A DNA stretch of 64,000 nt from Ferrovaceae bacterium (GTDB lineage Bacteria; Pseudomonadota; Gammaproteobacteria; Burkholderiales; Ferrovaceae): positions 1,993 through 65,992 of the forward strand of contig DAIDLC010000009.1 in assembly GCA_027449685.1 (NCBI GenBank), given 5' to 3'. The notes beneath the pieces were generated by a model. That model was not told the origin of the DNA. It did no database searches and worked only from the letters and a program-made list of their open reading frames with translations. The translations under genes and the position numbers were made by a program. Positions 55,590 through 64,000 of this stretch are shown here, piece by piece (within the stretch, counting starts at the first letter, position 1; every line of letters starts with the position of its first letter).

Positions 55590-57187
55590 GTCTTGGGCCA
55601 CAGCCCCCTGCCGCCACCTTTGCGCCCCCCCATAACGCGCGGGGCGAACCACTCAATCCCTGGATGGTGGCGGTAACAGTGGCTTTGACAACCTTCATGG
55701 AAGTGCTGGATATTTCCATTGCCAATGTGGCCTTGCGCCATATTGCCGGCGATCTGGGCGCAGGCGAGGATGAAGCCACCTGGGTATTGACCTCTTACAT
55801 GGTTGCCAACGCCATCGTGTTGCCCATCAGCGGCTGGATGTCCAGCTTGCTTGGAAGACGCCGCTTTTACATGCTGTGCGTCACGCTGTTTACGGCCAGT
55901 TCCCTGCTGTGTGGACTGGCACCCAACCTGTTCATGTTGATCGTATTTCGTACCCTGCAGGGGATGGGGGGCGGCGGATTGCAGCCCAGTTCCCAGGCCA
56001 TTTTGTCCGATACTTTCCCGCCCGCCCAGCGCGGCATGGCCTTTGCGGTGTATGGTTTGACTACGGTGCTGGCTCCCGCCATCGGTCCTACGGTGGGTGG
56101 GTGGATCACGGACAGCTTCAACTGGCGCTGGATTTTTCTCATCAATGTTCCCGTTGGTTTCGTTTCCTTGTATTTTACTTCGCGCCTGGTATTCGATCCT
56201 CCCCAGTTTACCGCCCAACGTCTAGCGCAGAAAGCCCGGGGATTCAAGGTGGATTACCTGGGGTTTGTTCTGCTGACATTAGGCTTTGGTGCACTCCAGA
56301 TTTTTTTGGACAAAGGGCAGCAGGAGGACTGGTTTGATTCTCATTTCATTGTGACGCTGGCCGCCATCTCCTCTACGGCTTTGCTGCTGCTTCCCTGGTG
56401 GGAGTTGCGGCAGAAAGACCCCATGGTGGATATCCGCCTGTTGCGCGACAAAAATTTTCTGTTCAGCAACATTCTCATGTTTCTACTGGGCTTTGTGCTA
56501 TTTGGCAGTACGGTGTTGTTGCCCCTGCTGGTGCAAACCCTCATGGGTTACTCGGCCATGGATGCGGGCATGCTGCTTTCCCCCGGCGGAATTGCCGTCC
56601 TGTGCTTCATGCCCTTCATTGGCATGTTGGTCAATCGGGTGGATGTCCGTCACATGATTACTTTCGGGGTGCTGACCAATGCCCTGGCCCTGTTTTTGTT
56701 GTCCCGTACCGACCTGCAAGCGGATTATGCCTCCTTGGCCACTTTGCGTGTCATTCAGGGGGTGGGCCTGGGGTTCTTGTTCGTTCCGCTCAATACCATT
56801 GCCTTTGCCAACATTCCCATGGCCAAAAGTAGTAATGCCTCGGCCATCATCAATTTATCCCGAAATCTGGGGGGCAGTTTTGGTATTTCGCTCATGCAAA
56901 CCTGGTTGACTCAGGGAACCCAACGCCATCAGGTGGATCTGGTGGCGCATGTGACGGCCTTTTCCAGTCGCACCCAAGACACGCTCAACACCTTGGCTCA
57001 GTCCCTCATGGCCCAGGGAGTGACGACCGGAGAAGCCCTCACCAAGGCCCAAGCCGTGCTCATGCAGTCCCTTCAGCAACAGGCAGCCTCCCTGGCCTTT
57101 CTGGATAATTTCCGCTTGCTGGCTTTTTTATTCCTGGCCTTCATCCCGCTGGTGTATGTCATGAAAAAACCAGCCCGGCATAGATAG
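55586..57187 (+). CDS. emrB: DHA2-family MFS multidrug efflux permease (EmrB/QacA type, 14 TM)
   Basis: FMEVLDISIANVALRHIAGDL and LGRRRFY motifs. 533 aa. ATGA overlap with emrA. Confidence 0.9.
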   Translation: MSLGPQPPAATFAPPHNARGEPLNPWMVAVTVALTTFMEVLDISIANVALRHIAGDLGAGEDEATWVLTSYMVANAIVLPISGWMSSLLGRRRFYMLCVTLFTASSLLCGLAPNLFMLIVFRTLQGMGGGGLQPSSQAILSDTFPPAQRGMAFAVYGLTTVLAPAIGPTVGGWITDSFNWRWIFLINVPVGFVSLYFTSRLVFDPPQFTAQRLAQKARGFKVDYLGFVLLTLGFGALQIFLDKGQQEDWFDSHFIVTLAAISSTALLLLPWWELRQKDPMVDIRLLRDKNFLFSNILMFLLGFVLFGSTVLLPLLVQTLMGYSAMDAGMLLSPGGIAVLCFMPFIGMLVNRVDVRHMITFGVLTNALALFLLSRTDLQADYASLATLRVIQGVGLGFLFVPLNTIAFANIPMAKSSNASAIINLSRNLGGSFGISLMQTWLTQGTQRHQVDLVAHVTAFSSRTQDTLNTLAQSLMAQGVTTGEALTKAQAVLMQSLQQQAASLAFLDNFRLLAFLFLAFIPLVYVMKKPARHR

Positions 57188-57196
57188 GCAACCGGC

Positions 57197-58126
57197 GTGA
57201 CGCTCAACGAATTGCGTTTCGTGGTGGCAGTGGCGCATCTGCGTCATTTCAGAAAGGCCGCCGAACACTGTTTCGTCACTCAACCCGCCTTGTCCAATGC
57301 CATCCAGAAACTGGAGGAAGAGTTGGGGGTGCGTTTATTCGAGCGCTCACGCACCGAGGTGGTTCCCACTCCAATCGGGCAGCAATTGATTGCACAGGCC
57401 GCGCTGATTCTGGAACAGGCCGAAGCGTTGAAGCGTATGGCGCGGGAAGGGGCGGACCCCCTGGCGGGAACCCTCAAGCTGGGAGTCATCCATACCGTGG
57501 GCCCCTATCTGTTGCCCGATCTGGTGACTCAATTGCATCCCATCGCGCCTAACATGCCGCTGCTGGTGGAGGAATCCACAACCGCTCAGTTAGAAGAACA
57601 TCTCAAACAGGGGGAGGTGGACGTGGCCTTGGTGGCCTTACCTTTCGAAGTGGCCGGGATCCAAACCCGTGGCCTGTACCAGGAAGCCTTCGAGGTTGTC
57701 GTGCCCCAGGGGCATCCCTGGAGTCAGCGCAGCTGTGTGACCTCGCAGGAGTTGGCCCAGGAAACGGTCTTGCTCTTGCCTTCCGTGCATTGCTTCAGTA
57801 CCCAGGTGGTAGAGTCCTGCCCGGAGTTGGGCGGTAAACAAGCCCTGATCCAGCAAGGGAACAGTCTGGAAACCTTGCGTAACATGGTGGCCTCGGGCAT
57901 GGGGATCACCGTGTTGCCCGCCAGTGCCAACAGTGAGAAGTATCGCAGTCCGCTGCTGCACACGATTGCCTTCACGCCACCCGTTCCGCACCGTCGCATC
58001 GGTATGGCCTGGCGCAAAAGTTATACCCGGCTGGCAGCACTGGAAGCGCTCACCCAGGCACTTGGTGCGGTCAGGCTGCGCGGGGTAACCATGCTTTCCA
58101 ACCCAGAGGCCCCAGCCCAGGAATGA
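57197..58126 (+). CDS. oxyR: LysR-family hydrogen peroxide sensor OxyR
   Basis: The wHTH FRKAAEHCFVTQPALSNAIQKLEEELG is present. The redox Cys pair HCFSTQVVESC has the same 9-residue spacing as E. coli C199/C208. Confidence 0.85.
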   Translation: MTLNELRFVVAVAHLRHFRKAAEHCFVTQPALSNAIQKLEEELGVRLFERSRTEVVPTPIGQQLIAQAALILEQAEALKRMAREGADPLAGTLKLGVIHTVGPYLLPDLVTQLHPIAPNMPLLVEESTTAQLEEHLKQGEVDVALVALPFEVAGIQTRGLYQEAFEVVVPQGHPWSQRSCVTSQELAQETVLLLPSVHCFSTQVVESCPELGGKQALIQQGNSLETLRNMVASGMGITVLPASANSEKYRSPLLHTIAFTPPVPHRRIGMAWRKSYTRLAALEALTQALGAVRLRGVTMLSNPEAPAQE

Positions 58127-58157
58127 GATCCTTTAATCGCGCCACAGGGAGAACGGC

Positions 58158-58667
58158 ATGACACTTCACGAACTTACCAGAGTGCTGGGAGGGACGCTCT
58201 GTATTCTGTTGGCCACAAACGCCTGGGCCCTGGAGGTGGGGCAAGCCGCTCCGGCCTATCAGGCCCGATTACCGAACGGGCACATGCTGTCCTCTGACCA
58301 GGAACGGGGCAACGTGGTACTGCTTCATTTCTGGGCCACCTGGTGCATTCCCTGTCGAACTGAAATGCCCGCCATGGAACGTTATTATCAAAAACACCGC
58401 CGTCAGGGACTGGAAATTTTGATGGTTTCCATGGACGGGGAGGAAGACCTGCCCAAGATGCAACAGATGGCGGCGAAATATAGTTACCCTGTAGCCTGGT
58501 ACCAGAACTCCGACTTCCAATCCTTTGGGCGGATCTGGCGGATTCCTCTTACCTTTGTCATTGACCGCCATGGGGTATTGCGTCAGGATAGCTGGGATGG
58601 AGGCGACGACGGCCTGGACGAGGCCGCGCTGGAGCGTGTCGTGACCCCACTGCTGGTCCAGCCCTGA
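58158..58667 (+). CDS. TlpA/ResA-family periplasmic thiol:disulfide oxidoreductase
   Basis: Signal peptide plus the thioredoxin motif WATWCIPC. Confidence 0.85.
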   Translation: MTLHELTRVLGGTLCILLATNAWALEVGQAAPAYQARLPNGHMLSSDQERGNVVLLHFWATWCIPCRTEMPAMERYYQKHRRQGLEILMVSMDGEEDLPKMQQMAAKYSYPVAWYQNSDFQSFGRIWRIPLTFVIDRHGVLRQDSWDGGDDGLDEAALERVVTPLLVQP

Positions 58668-58724
58668 TATTCTGCCCGAAGCACTGCTCTCAGGCTTACA
58701 CACCTATTCTATCGGAGGTCATCC

Positions 58725-59258
58725 ATGTCGTTTCATCCCTTTCAGTATCTGTTTGCGCTCCTGCTGGCATCGATTACCATGACGGTTGTGGCTGCCCCGG
58801 ATCGCCCAAGCCCTTTCGAATTTTCTGATGCCTACGTGCGAGCCAGCGTGCCGGGTCAGACCGTGGGAGCCGCTTATATCAGCATCCATAACCACGGTTC
58901 AACCGATGATATCTTGATTGGTGCCCACAGTCCTGTGGCTGCATCCGTCGACCTGCATTCCAGCCACATGCAGCAGGGAATGGCCCATATGCAGCGGGAA
59001 GCGCGCCTTCTGGTGCCGGCCGGTGGTCAACTGGACATGAAACCCGGTGGCATCCATCTCATGTTGCAGGACCTAAAACATCCTTTGAAGGAGGGCGACC
59101 GGGTACCCGTGCAGTTGGTCTTTGAAAAAGCCGGGACACTCACCCTCTCGCTTCCCGTGCGCAGTGTACTGTCTGCGTCGGGGCCGGGGGGCATGCCCCC
59201 CGGCATGTCCATGGACGGGCCCATGAATAGCCCCATGCAGGGATCACAGGCTCACTGA
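58725..59258 (+). CDS. Periplasmic copper chaperone PCu(A)C (DUF461)
   Basis: Signal peptide, an H(M)X10M...HXM-type ligand region (SSHMQQGMAHM ... IHLML) and a Met-rich C-terminal tail (GGMPPGMSMDGPMNSPM). Confidence 0.85.
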   Translation: MSFHPFQYLFALLLASITMTVVAAPDRPSPFEFSDAYVRASVPGQTVGAAYISIHNHGSTDDILIGAHSPVAASVDLHSSHMQQGMAHMQREARLLVPAGGQLDMKPGGIHLMLQDLKHPLKEGDRVPVQLVFEKAGTLTLSLPVRSVLSASGPGGMPPGMSMDGPMNSPMQGSQAH

Positions 59259-60719
59259 AAGGTCTCTTTGGGCTGCCGGGATTGGGGCGGCGGGCAACGC
59301 CTGAGTACGCAACTGGCTGGCAGCATCCCGCAGGGCTGTGCGCAGCCCTTCCTCCACCACCGGATGATAAAACGGCAGCTCGAGTATTTGGGGGATCGTC
59401 AGTTGCAGTTGATGCGCCCACGCCAACAAATGCGCCAAATGTTCGGCTTCCGGGCCGATCATTTCCGCACCCAATAATCGACCATCCTCCCGTGCGGCAT
59501 ACACGTGCAGCAAACCACGATGGCGCAGCATCACCCGACTGCGCCCTTGGTCGGCAAAGGACACCTGGCCGGTGACCATGGACGCATGGGGGCAGTGTTG
59601 CCAGGTTGTCCCCACGGTGGCCATTTGCGGGTCGGAAAACACAATGGCCAGGGGGGAGCGACGCAAACCCTGCTTGATCAAAGGATAGCTTGCGGCATTT
59701 TCTCCGGCGATGCGTCCTTCATCGGCCGCCTCGTGCAGCAAGGGCAGATCCTGATTGGCATCTCCCGCAATGAAGAGGGGATGCGAACCGCATTGCAAGG
59801 TGCTGCGATCGAATTTGGGTACACCCCGAGAATCCAAGGCTAGCCCCAGCGTTTCAAGACCCAGTGAATCCAGGTTGGGACGCCGGCCAGTGGCCGCCAC
59901 GATCCATTCCACGACGATGGATTCCGGGGGGCTCCCGCAGGAATGGGGATCCTCTGGAAGAGACGGTCGTTGCCATTCGATACGCACACCCTGATTGTGC
60001 CGGGACAGACGCAGGGCCTTTGGGTCATGGATGAGCGGTAGTTCTGCAGCCAAACAAGCCTGGGCTTCGGCTTGCAACAGCGGGTCGGTCAAGGGACCGA
60101 CCCGGCCTCCGCGCCCAAACAGGTGCACTTTCACCCCCAGGCGCTGCAGCGCTTGTCCCAGTTCCAGGCCAATGACGCCAGTGCCAAACACCGCAACCGA
60201 ACGCGGCAGATCGGTCCAGGCAAAGATGTCATCATTGATCACTACCCGATCCCGAAAGGGGTGAAGAAAATCAGGAATCTGCGCACTCGAACCGGTGGCA
60301 ATGACGGCGGTTTGAAAATCCACCCGGCTGTGGTCATCCACCACCAATTGTCCCGGTGCCGTGAAGCGGGCGTAACCCGTCAATCGATTGGCGCTTGGGA
60401 TGCGCTCGACTCCTTCCAGCACGAAACCCACGAAGCGATCACGCTCCCGCTGGACCCGGGCCATCACGGCGGCCCCATCCACCTGCAAACGCCCCTCCAG
60501 GCGCAAACCAAAGGGGCCCCACCGGGTTACCCCATGAGCGGCCTCGGCCGCTGCAATAAGTAGTTTGCTGGGCATGCAACCCACGCGCGCGCAAGTCGTG
60601 CCATGCACTCCCCCTTCGATGAGCAGCACGGATTGGCCGCTGGCCTCTATGGCACGATAGGCCGCCAGGCCGGCGGTGCCGGCTCCGATGACCACCTGTT
60701 GCACCTGTAAATGACGCAT
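59244..60719 (-). CDS. Class I pyridine nucleotide-disulfide oxidoreductase (dihydrolipoyl dehydrogenase/glutathione-reductase-like)
   Basis: FAD motif VVIGAGTAGLAA, redox-active GTCARVGCMPSK, and the C-terminal interface HP..EE. AGGAGA RBS before the ATG at 60719. The ORF extension to 60881 overlaps the prx gene. Confidence 0.85.
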   Translation of the reverse strand: MRHLQVQQVVIGAGTAGLAAYRAIEASGQSVLLIEGGVHGTTCARVGCMPSKLLIAAAEAAHGVTRWGPFGLRLEGRLQVDGAAVMARVQRERDRFVGFVLEGVERIPSANRLTGYARFTAPGQLVVDDHSRVDFQTAVIATGSSAQIPDFLHPFRDRVVINDDIFAWTDLPRSVAVFGTGVIGLELGQALQRLGVKVHLFGRGGRVGPLTDPLLQAEAQACLAAELPLIHDPKALRLSRHNQGVRIEWQRPSLPEDPHSCGSPPESIVVEWIVAATGRRPNLDSLGLETLGLALDSRGVPKFDRSTLQCGSHPLFIAGDANQDLPLLHEAADEGRIAGENAASYPLIKQGLRRSPLAIVFSDPQMATVGTTWQHCPHASMVTGQVSFADQGRSRVMLRHRGLLHVYAAREDGRLLGAEMIGPEAEHLAHLLAWAHQLQLTIPQILELPFYHPVVEEGLRTALRDAASQLRTQALPAAPIPAAQRDLSVSL

Positions 60720-60756
60720 GTGCGGTTCTCCTGAACAATCGGTCGATGGCGCGGGT

Positions 60757-61518
60757 TCAGACTGCGCCGAGCACTGCAGTGGCCTCACGGTCTTCGAGCC
60801 AGCGTTCCAGCTCGTCGGCTCCACCGATGAGCGTGCCATTGATGAACACTTGAGGAACCGTGCCCCGTCCAGTAATGGCACCTACAACCCGACTCCGTTG
60901 CTGGTGCACCAGGGGGATCTCGGTATAGGCAAAGCCGTGGGCACTGAGCAAGGACTTGGCGCGCGCGCAATGGGGACAGCCGTCGCGGGTCAGCACTGCC
61001 ACCTGGTCGGGCTTGGCCGCCTGCGGGTTGATATAGGCCAGCATCGTATCCGCGTCGGACACCTCAAACGGATCGCCCGCTACTTCGGGTTCGATGAATT
61101 GCTTGACCACTATGCCATTCTTGACCAACATGGAGTAACGCCAGGAGCGCTTGCCAAAACCCAGATCCGATTTATCCACCAGCATGTTCATGCCCTCTGT
61201 GAACGTGCCATTACCGTCGGGAATGAGGCGGATTTGATCGGCCTCCTGATCTTTGGCCCATTCGTTCATGACGAATGGATCATTGACCGAGATGCAGAGG
61301 ATTTGATCAACCCCGTTGGCGATAAAGGCTGGGGCCAGCTCGTTGTAACGCGGCAGGTGGGTGGAAGAGCAGGTGGGGGTAAAGGCCCCGGGCAATGAAA
61401 AAACTACGACGGTCTTGTTCTTGAACAAATCGTCGGTACTGAGGGTAGCCCAGTCGTTTTCTTCCCGGATGCGAAAGGTTACTTGAGGAACGGGTTTACC
61501 TTCGTGATTCTTCAGCAT
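60757..61518 (-). CDS. Peroxiredoxin (Prx5 type)-glutaredoxin fusion protein
   Basis: The Prx5 motif is PGAFTPTCS. The C-terminal Grx domain has the CPHC active site. AAGGAG RBS. Confidence 0.9.
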   Translation of the reverse strand: MLKNHEGKPVPQVTFRIREENDWATLSTDDLFKNKTVVVFSLPGAFTPTCSSTHLPRYNELAPAFIANGVDQILCISVNDPFVMNEWAKDQEADQIRLIPDGNGTFTEGMNMLVDKSDLGFGKRSWRYSMLVKNGIVVKQFIEPEVAGDPFEVSDADTMLAYINPQAAKPDQVAVLTRDGCPHCARAKSLLSAHGFAYTEIPLVHQQRSRVVGAITGRGTVPQVFINGTLIGGADELERWLEDREATAVLGAV

Positions 61519-61602
61519 GACAATCTCCTTGAGTGAATGATCGATCCCATGCAGCGATCGGGTAAGATCACTATAACCAGAGCAGGTCATACAATCCAAT
61601 TG

Positions 61603-61635
61603 ATTGATTTAATCTATTTGATAGACTTTATCTAT
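61603..61635. promoter_or_regulatory. ATAG/CTAT repeat cluster; candidate OxyR-type operator upstream of prx-grx
   Basis: ATTG-N7-CTAT-ttg-ATAG-N7-CTAT. It lies ~85-115 nt upstream of the prx-grx start. The spacing between the two dyads is shorter than in the canonical OxyR motif. Confidence 0.35.
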
Positions 61636-61801
61636 CACGGACTGTAATCCATTCTTCCCGTCACCAGACAGGCCCCCCGGAGCATTTCTTTGCCGGATCG
61701 GGATTACATCTGCTCACGCAGAAAGAGTAAAATCATCGGGTATTCTGGTGCAGTCAGCAGAAATGAACAAAAACGGCAAAGCATTCTAGGGAGTTCTCAA
61801 C

Positions 61802-64000
61802 ATGAGTCGATTCATCATTCGCAAGGTGGCCGTTTTGGGCGCAGGGGTCATGGGAGCACAGATTGCTGCCCACCTGGCCAATTTGAATGTTCCCGTCCTC
61901 CTCTACGATTTGCCCGGACCGGATGCGCACGATGCCATCACGCGCCGGGCGCTGGAACATCTGGCAAAAATCAAACCGGCGCCGTTGGCCCTTGCCTCGC
62001 GCGTGGAGGCCATCCAGGCCAAAAATTATGAGGATCATCTGCCACAACTCGCCCAGTGCGATCTGATCATCGAGGCCATTGCCGAACGCATGGATTGGAA
62101 AACAGCCCTGTACCAGCGCATTGCCCCCTTCATTGCCGAACATACCCTGTTGGCGTCCAATACTTCCGGCCTTTCTCTCACCACCTTGTCTGCTGCTTTG
62201 CCTGCGGCCCTGCGACCGCGTTTTTGCGGGGTGCATTTCTTCAATCCTCCCCGTTACATGAGCCTGATGGAGCTGATTCCCACACCGCATACCAACCTTG
62301 AAGTGGTGGACCAACTCGAAACCTTTGCCACCAGCACTCTGGGCAAACAGGTGGTGCGGGCGCTGGACACCCCCAACTTTGTGGCCAATCGTGTGGGTGT
62401 GGCAAGCCTGCTCTTTGCCCTCATCGAAGCACGCAAACAACAGCTCACTCTGGACGTGGTGGATGACCTCACGGGACGCAAACTAGGTCGCGCCAGTTCC
62501 GGCACTTATCGCACGGCCGATGTGGTGGGTTTGGATACGCTCATGCATGTGGTAGGCACATTGCAGGAACAACTGCCCCGGGATCCTTTTCACCCCTGCT
62601 ATGCAACCCCCGAAGTGGTGGAGCGCCTGATTGCCGCGGGTGCCCTGGGTGCCAAGAGCGGTGTGGGGTTCTACAAGAAAGTGGGACGCGACATTTTGCG
62701 TTTGGAGGAGAGCACGGGGGAATACGTTCCTGCGGTGGGCAAGGCCGACCCCGCAGTAACCGCTCTGCTCAAGCTCAAACCAGCCGAACGCCTGGCGGCA
62801 CTGCGTGCCAGCGACCACCCTCAGGCCCGATTTGTGTGGGCCCTGTATCGCGACATATTTCACTATTGCGCAGTTCATTTAGGCACCATTGCGCACAGTG
62901 CGCGGGATATCGACATGGCCATGCGCTGGGGCTTTGGCTGGAAGGAAGGGCCCTTCGAAACCTGGCAACAGGCTGGATGGCGCACCGTTGCCCAATGGAT
63001 CCAGGAAGACATCGACGCTGGTTTGGCGCTGGTAATGACACCTTTGCCCGCTTGGGTGTTCGATGGACGCGAAGGGGTTCATCAGCCACAAGGCTCCTGG
63101 GATGCCGGGTCCGGGCAGTGGGTGGCACGCCATGAACTACCCGTGCATCAACGGCAACTGTTTCCGGAAACAGTCGTGGGTACGCCCGTGGCCAACCCGC
63201 AGCAGGCAGGCACGACGGTCTTCGAAGATGACTTTCTGCGGGCCTGGACGCTAGACGATACGTTTCTCATCGCCACCCTCAAAACCAAGATGCGTACTTT
63301 CAATGCCGGAGCCCTGCTCGCTCTGGATCGAGCCCTCAGCGCCGCAGAATCGGACTTCCAGGGACTCGTCCTGTGGGGACCGGGCGAACCTTTCTCGGCA
63401 GGAGGAGACCTTTCCGGTTTTCTGGTGACCTATGCCCAGCATGGACTGGATGGTTTCGTTGCCGAAGAAAAGTTTTTTCAGGACGTGATGCGCCGGCTGC
63501 GTTATTCCAGCATTCCCACGGTTGCGGCAGCGCGCGGTTACGCCTTGGGAGGTGGCTGCGAGGCCTTCATTCACTGCGATCGGCGCGTGGCGCATCTGGA
63601 AACCTACGTGGGATTGGTGGAAGTGAATGTGGGTTTGCTCCCTGGCGCTGGAGGGCTGACCACATTGGCGCGTCAAGCCGGTGAGATGGCTCTTTTCATG
63701 CAAACGCCGCAAGAAGTGATTCGCTACCTCAAGGAGTCCTTTGCACGCGTCATGCGCTCGGACATCACCACCAGTGCTCTGGAAGCGCGTCAGGCGGGAT
63801 GGATGCAACCTGGTGACCTGATCGTTGCCCATCCGGACGAACTCCTTCATGTGGCCTTGGCCCAGGTCCGGGCACTGGCTGAGTCCGGTTATCGCCCCCC
63901 ACTGCAATTGCCTTTCCCGGTAGCAGGACGCGAGGGGAAAGCCGTTTTGCAAGGGGCATTGGTGCAGTTCAATGCCACTGGCCTGTTAACCGATCACGAT
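61802..64000 (+). CDS. Bifunctional 3-hydroxyacyl-CoA dehydrogenase / enoyl-CoA hydratase (dehydrogenase domain first); 3' end beyond the window
   Basis: It is absent from the ORF track because no stop lies in the window. The frame is open from the ATG at 61802 to 64000. The Rossmann motif is VAVLGAGVMGAQIAAHLA, with HFFNPP and a later crotonase segment GPGEPFSAGGDL. RBS GGGAG. Confidence 0.85.
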   Translation, partial: MSRFIIRKVAVLGAGVMGAQIAAHLANLNVPVLLYDLPGPDAHDAITRRALEHLAKIKPAPLALASRVEAIQAKNYEDHLPQLAQCDLIIEAIAERMDWKTALYQRIAPFIAEHTLLASNTSGLSLTTLSAALPAALRPRFCGVHFFNPPRYMSLMELIPTPHTNLEVVDQLETFATSTLGKQVVRALDTPNFVANRVGVASLLFALIEARKQQLTLDVVDDLTGRKLGRASSGTYRTADVVGLDTLMHVVGTLQEQLPRDPFHPCYATPEVVERLIAAGALGAKSGVGFYKKVGRDILRLEESTGEYVPAVGKADPAVTALLKLKPAERLAALRASDHPQARFVWALYRDIFHYCAVHLGTIAHSARDIDMAMRWGFGWKEGPFETWQQAGWRTVAQWIQEDIDAGLALVMTPLPAWVFDGREGVHQPQGSWDAGSGQWVARHELPVHQRQLFPETVVGTPVANPQQAGTTVFEDDFLRAWTLDDTFLIATLKTKMRTFNAGALLALDRALSAAESDFQGLVLWGPGEPFSAGGDLSGFLVTYAQHGLDGFVAEEKFFQDVMRRLRYSSIPTVAAARGYALGGGCEAFIHCDRRVAHLETYVGLVEVNVGLLPGAGGLTTLARQAGEMALFMQTPQEVIRYLKESFARVMRSDITTSALEARQAGWMQPGDLIVAHPDELLHVALAQVRALAESGYRPPLQLPFPVAGREGKAVLQGALVQFNATGLLTDHD

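Noticed and set aside
60720-60881. Upstream extensions of several ORFs into neighbouring genes: the flavoprotein reductase to 60881, cls to 12023, dedA to 12670, prx-grx to 61599, lexA to 27879, and panB to 52038.
   Set aside because: In each case an internal start carries a good RBS or an ATGA/TGATG coupling and restores the family-typical N-terminus. The extension overlaps the preceding gene or a regulatory site.
1-64000. A scan for CRISPR arrays, IS elements or transposases, rRNA, retron/RT, and large ATPase/nuclease defence operons.
   Set aside because: I saw no regularly spaced short repeats, no transposase or integrase-like translations, no rRNA-like segments and no multi-gene block of unassigned large proteins. 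Essentially every ORF over 150 aa has a clear family assignment.

Overview
This is a moderately GC-rich chromosomal segment with Beta/Gammaproteobacteria-like gene order. I support about 58 protein genes and 2 tRNAs, and I see no rRNA, CRISPR array or IS element. Most of it is conserved housekeeping DNA. That includes the block yceF(maf)-methyltransferase / yceD-rpmF-plsX-fabHDG-acpP-fabF-mltG-tmk-holB-tatD, divergent rne/rluC, a livKHMGF transporter, lexA-sulA, ligA, panB, two efflux systems and an OxyR-linked redox cluster. There are three small accessory patches. (1) Positions 1-3350: the window opens inside a phage-like element (dUTPase, DUF4116). The element ends at a 23-nt copy of a tmRNA/tRNA 3' end followed by an intrinsic terminator, then a gene-free stretch and two type II TA modules (Phd-VapC, ParDE). 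(2) Positions 13.4-14.6 kb: directly after tRNA-Lys sits an ~820-bp hicBA cassette bracketed by 37-bp direct repeats, followed by an orphan BrnA-like antitoxin gene. (3) c-di-GMP signalling genes are frequent: two PAS-GGDEF-EAL proteins and a hemerythrin-HD-GYP protein. I did not find a convincing uncharacterised multi-gene system such as a defence operon. The most checkable oddities are the repeat-bracketed TA cassette, the ssrA-type island junction, and an orphan terminator in the leader of the EEP-dedA-cls operon. Others are a perfect 11-bp inverted repeat ahead of an RND pump in an unusual maf-MT-RND-MFP colinear arrangement, an orphan Tat-signal molybdopterin subunit, and a Prx-Grx plus flavoprotein reductase pair with ATAG/CTAT repeats upstream. 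All functional calls come from reading the translations for motifs. No database search was run, and start codons are often approximate.
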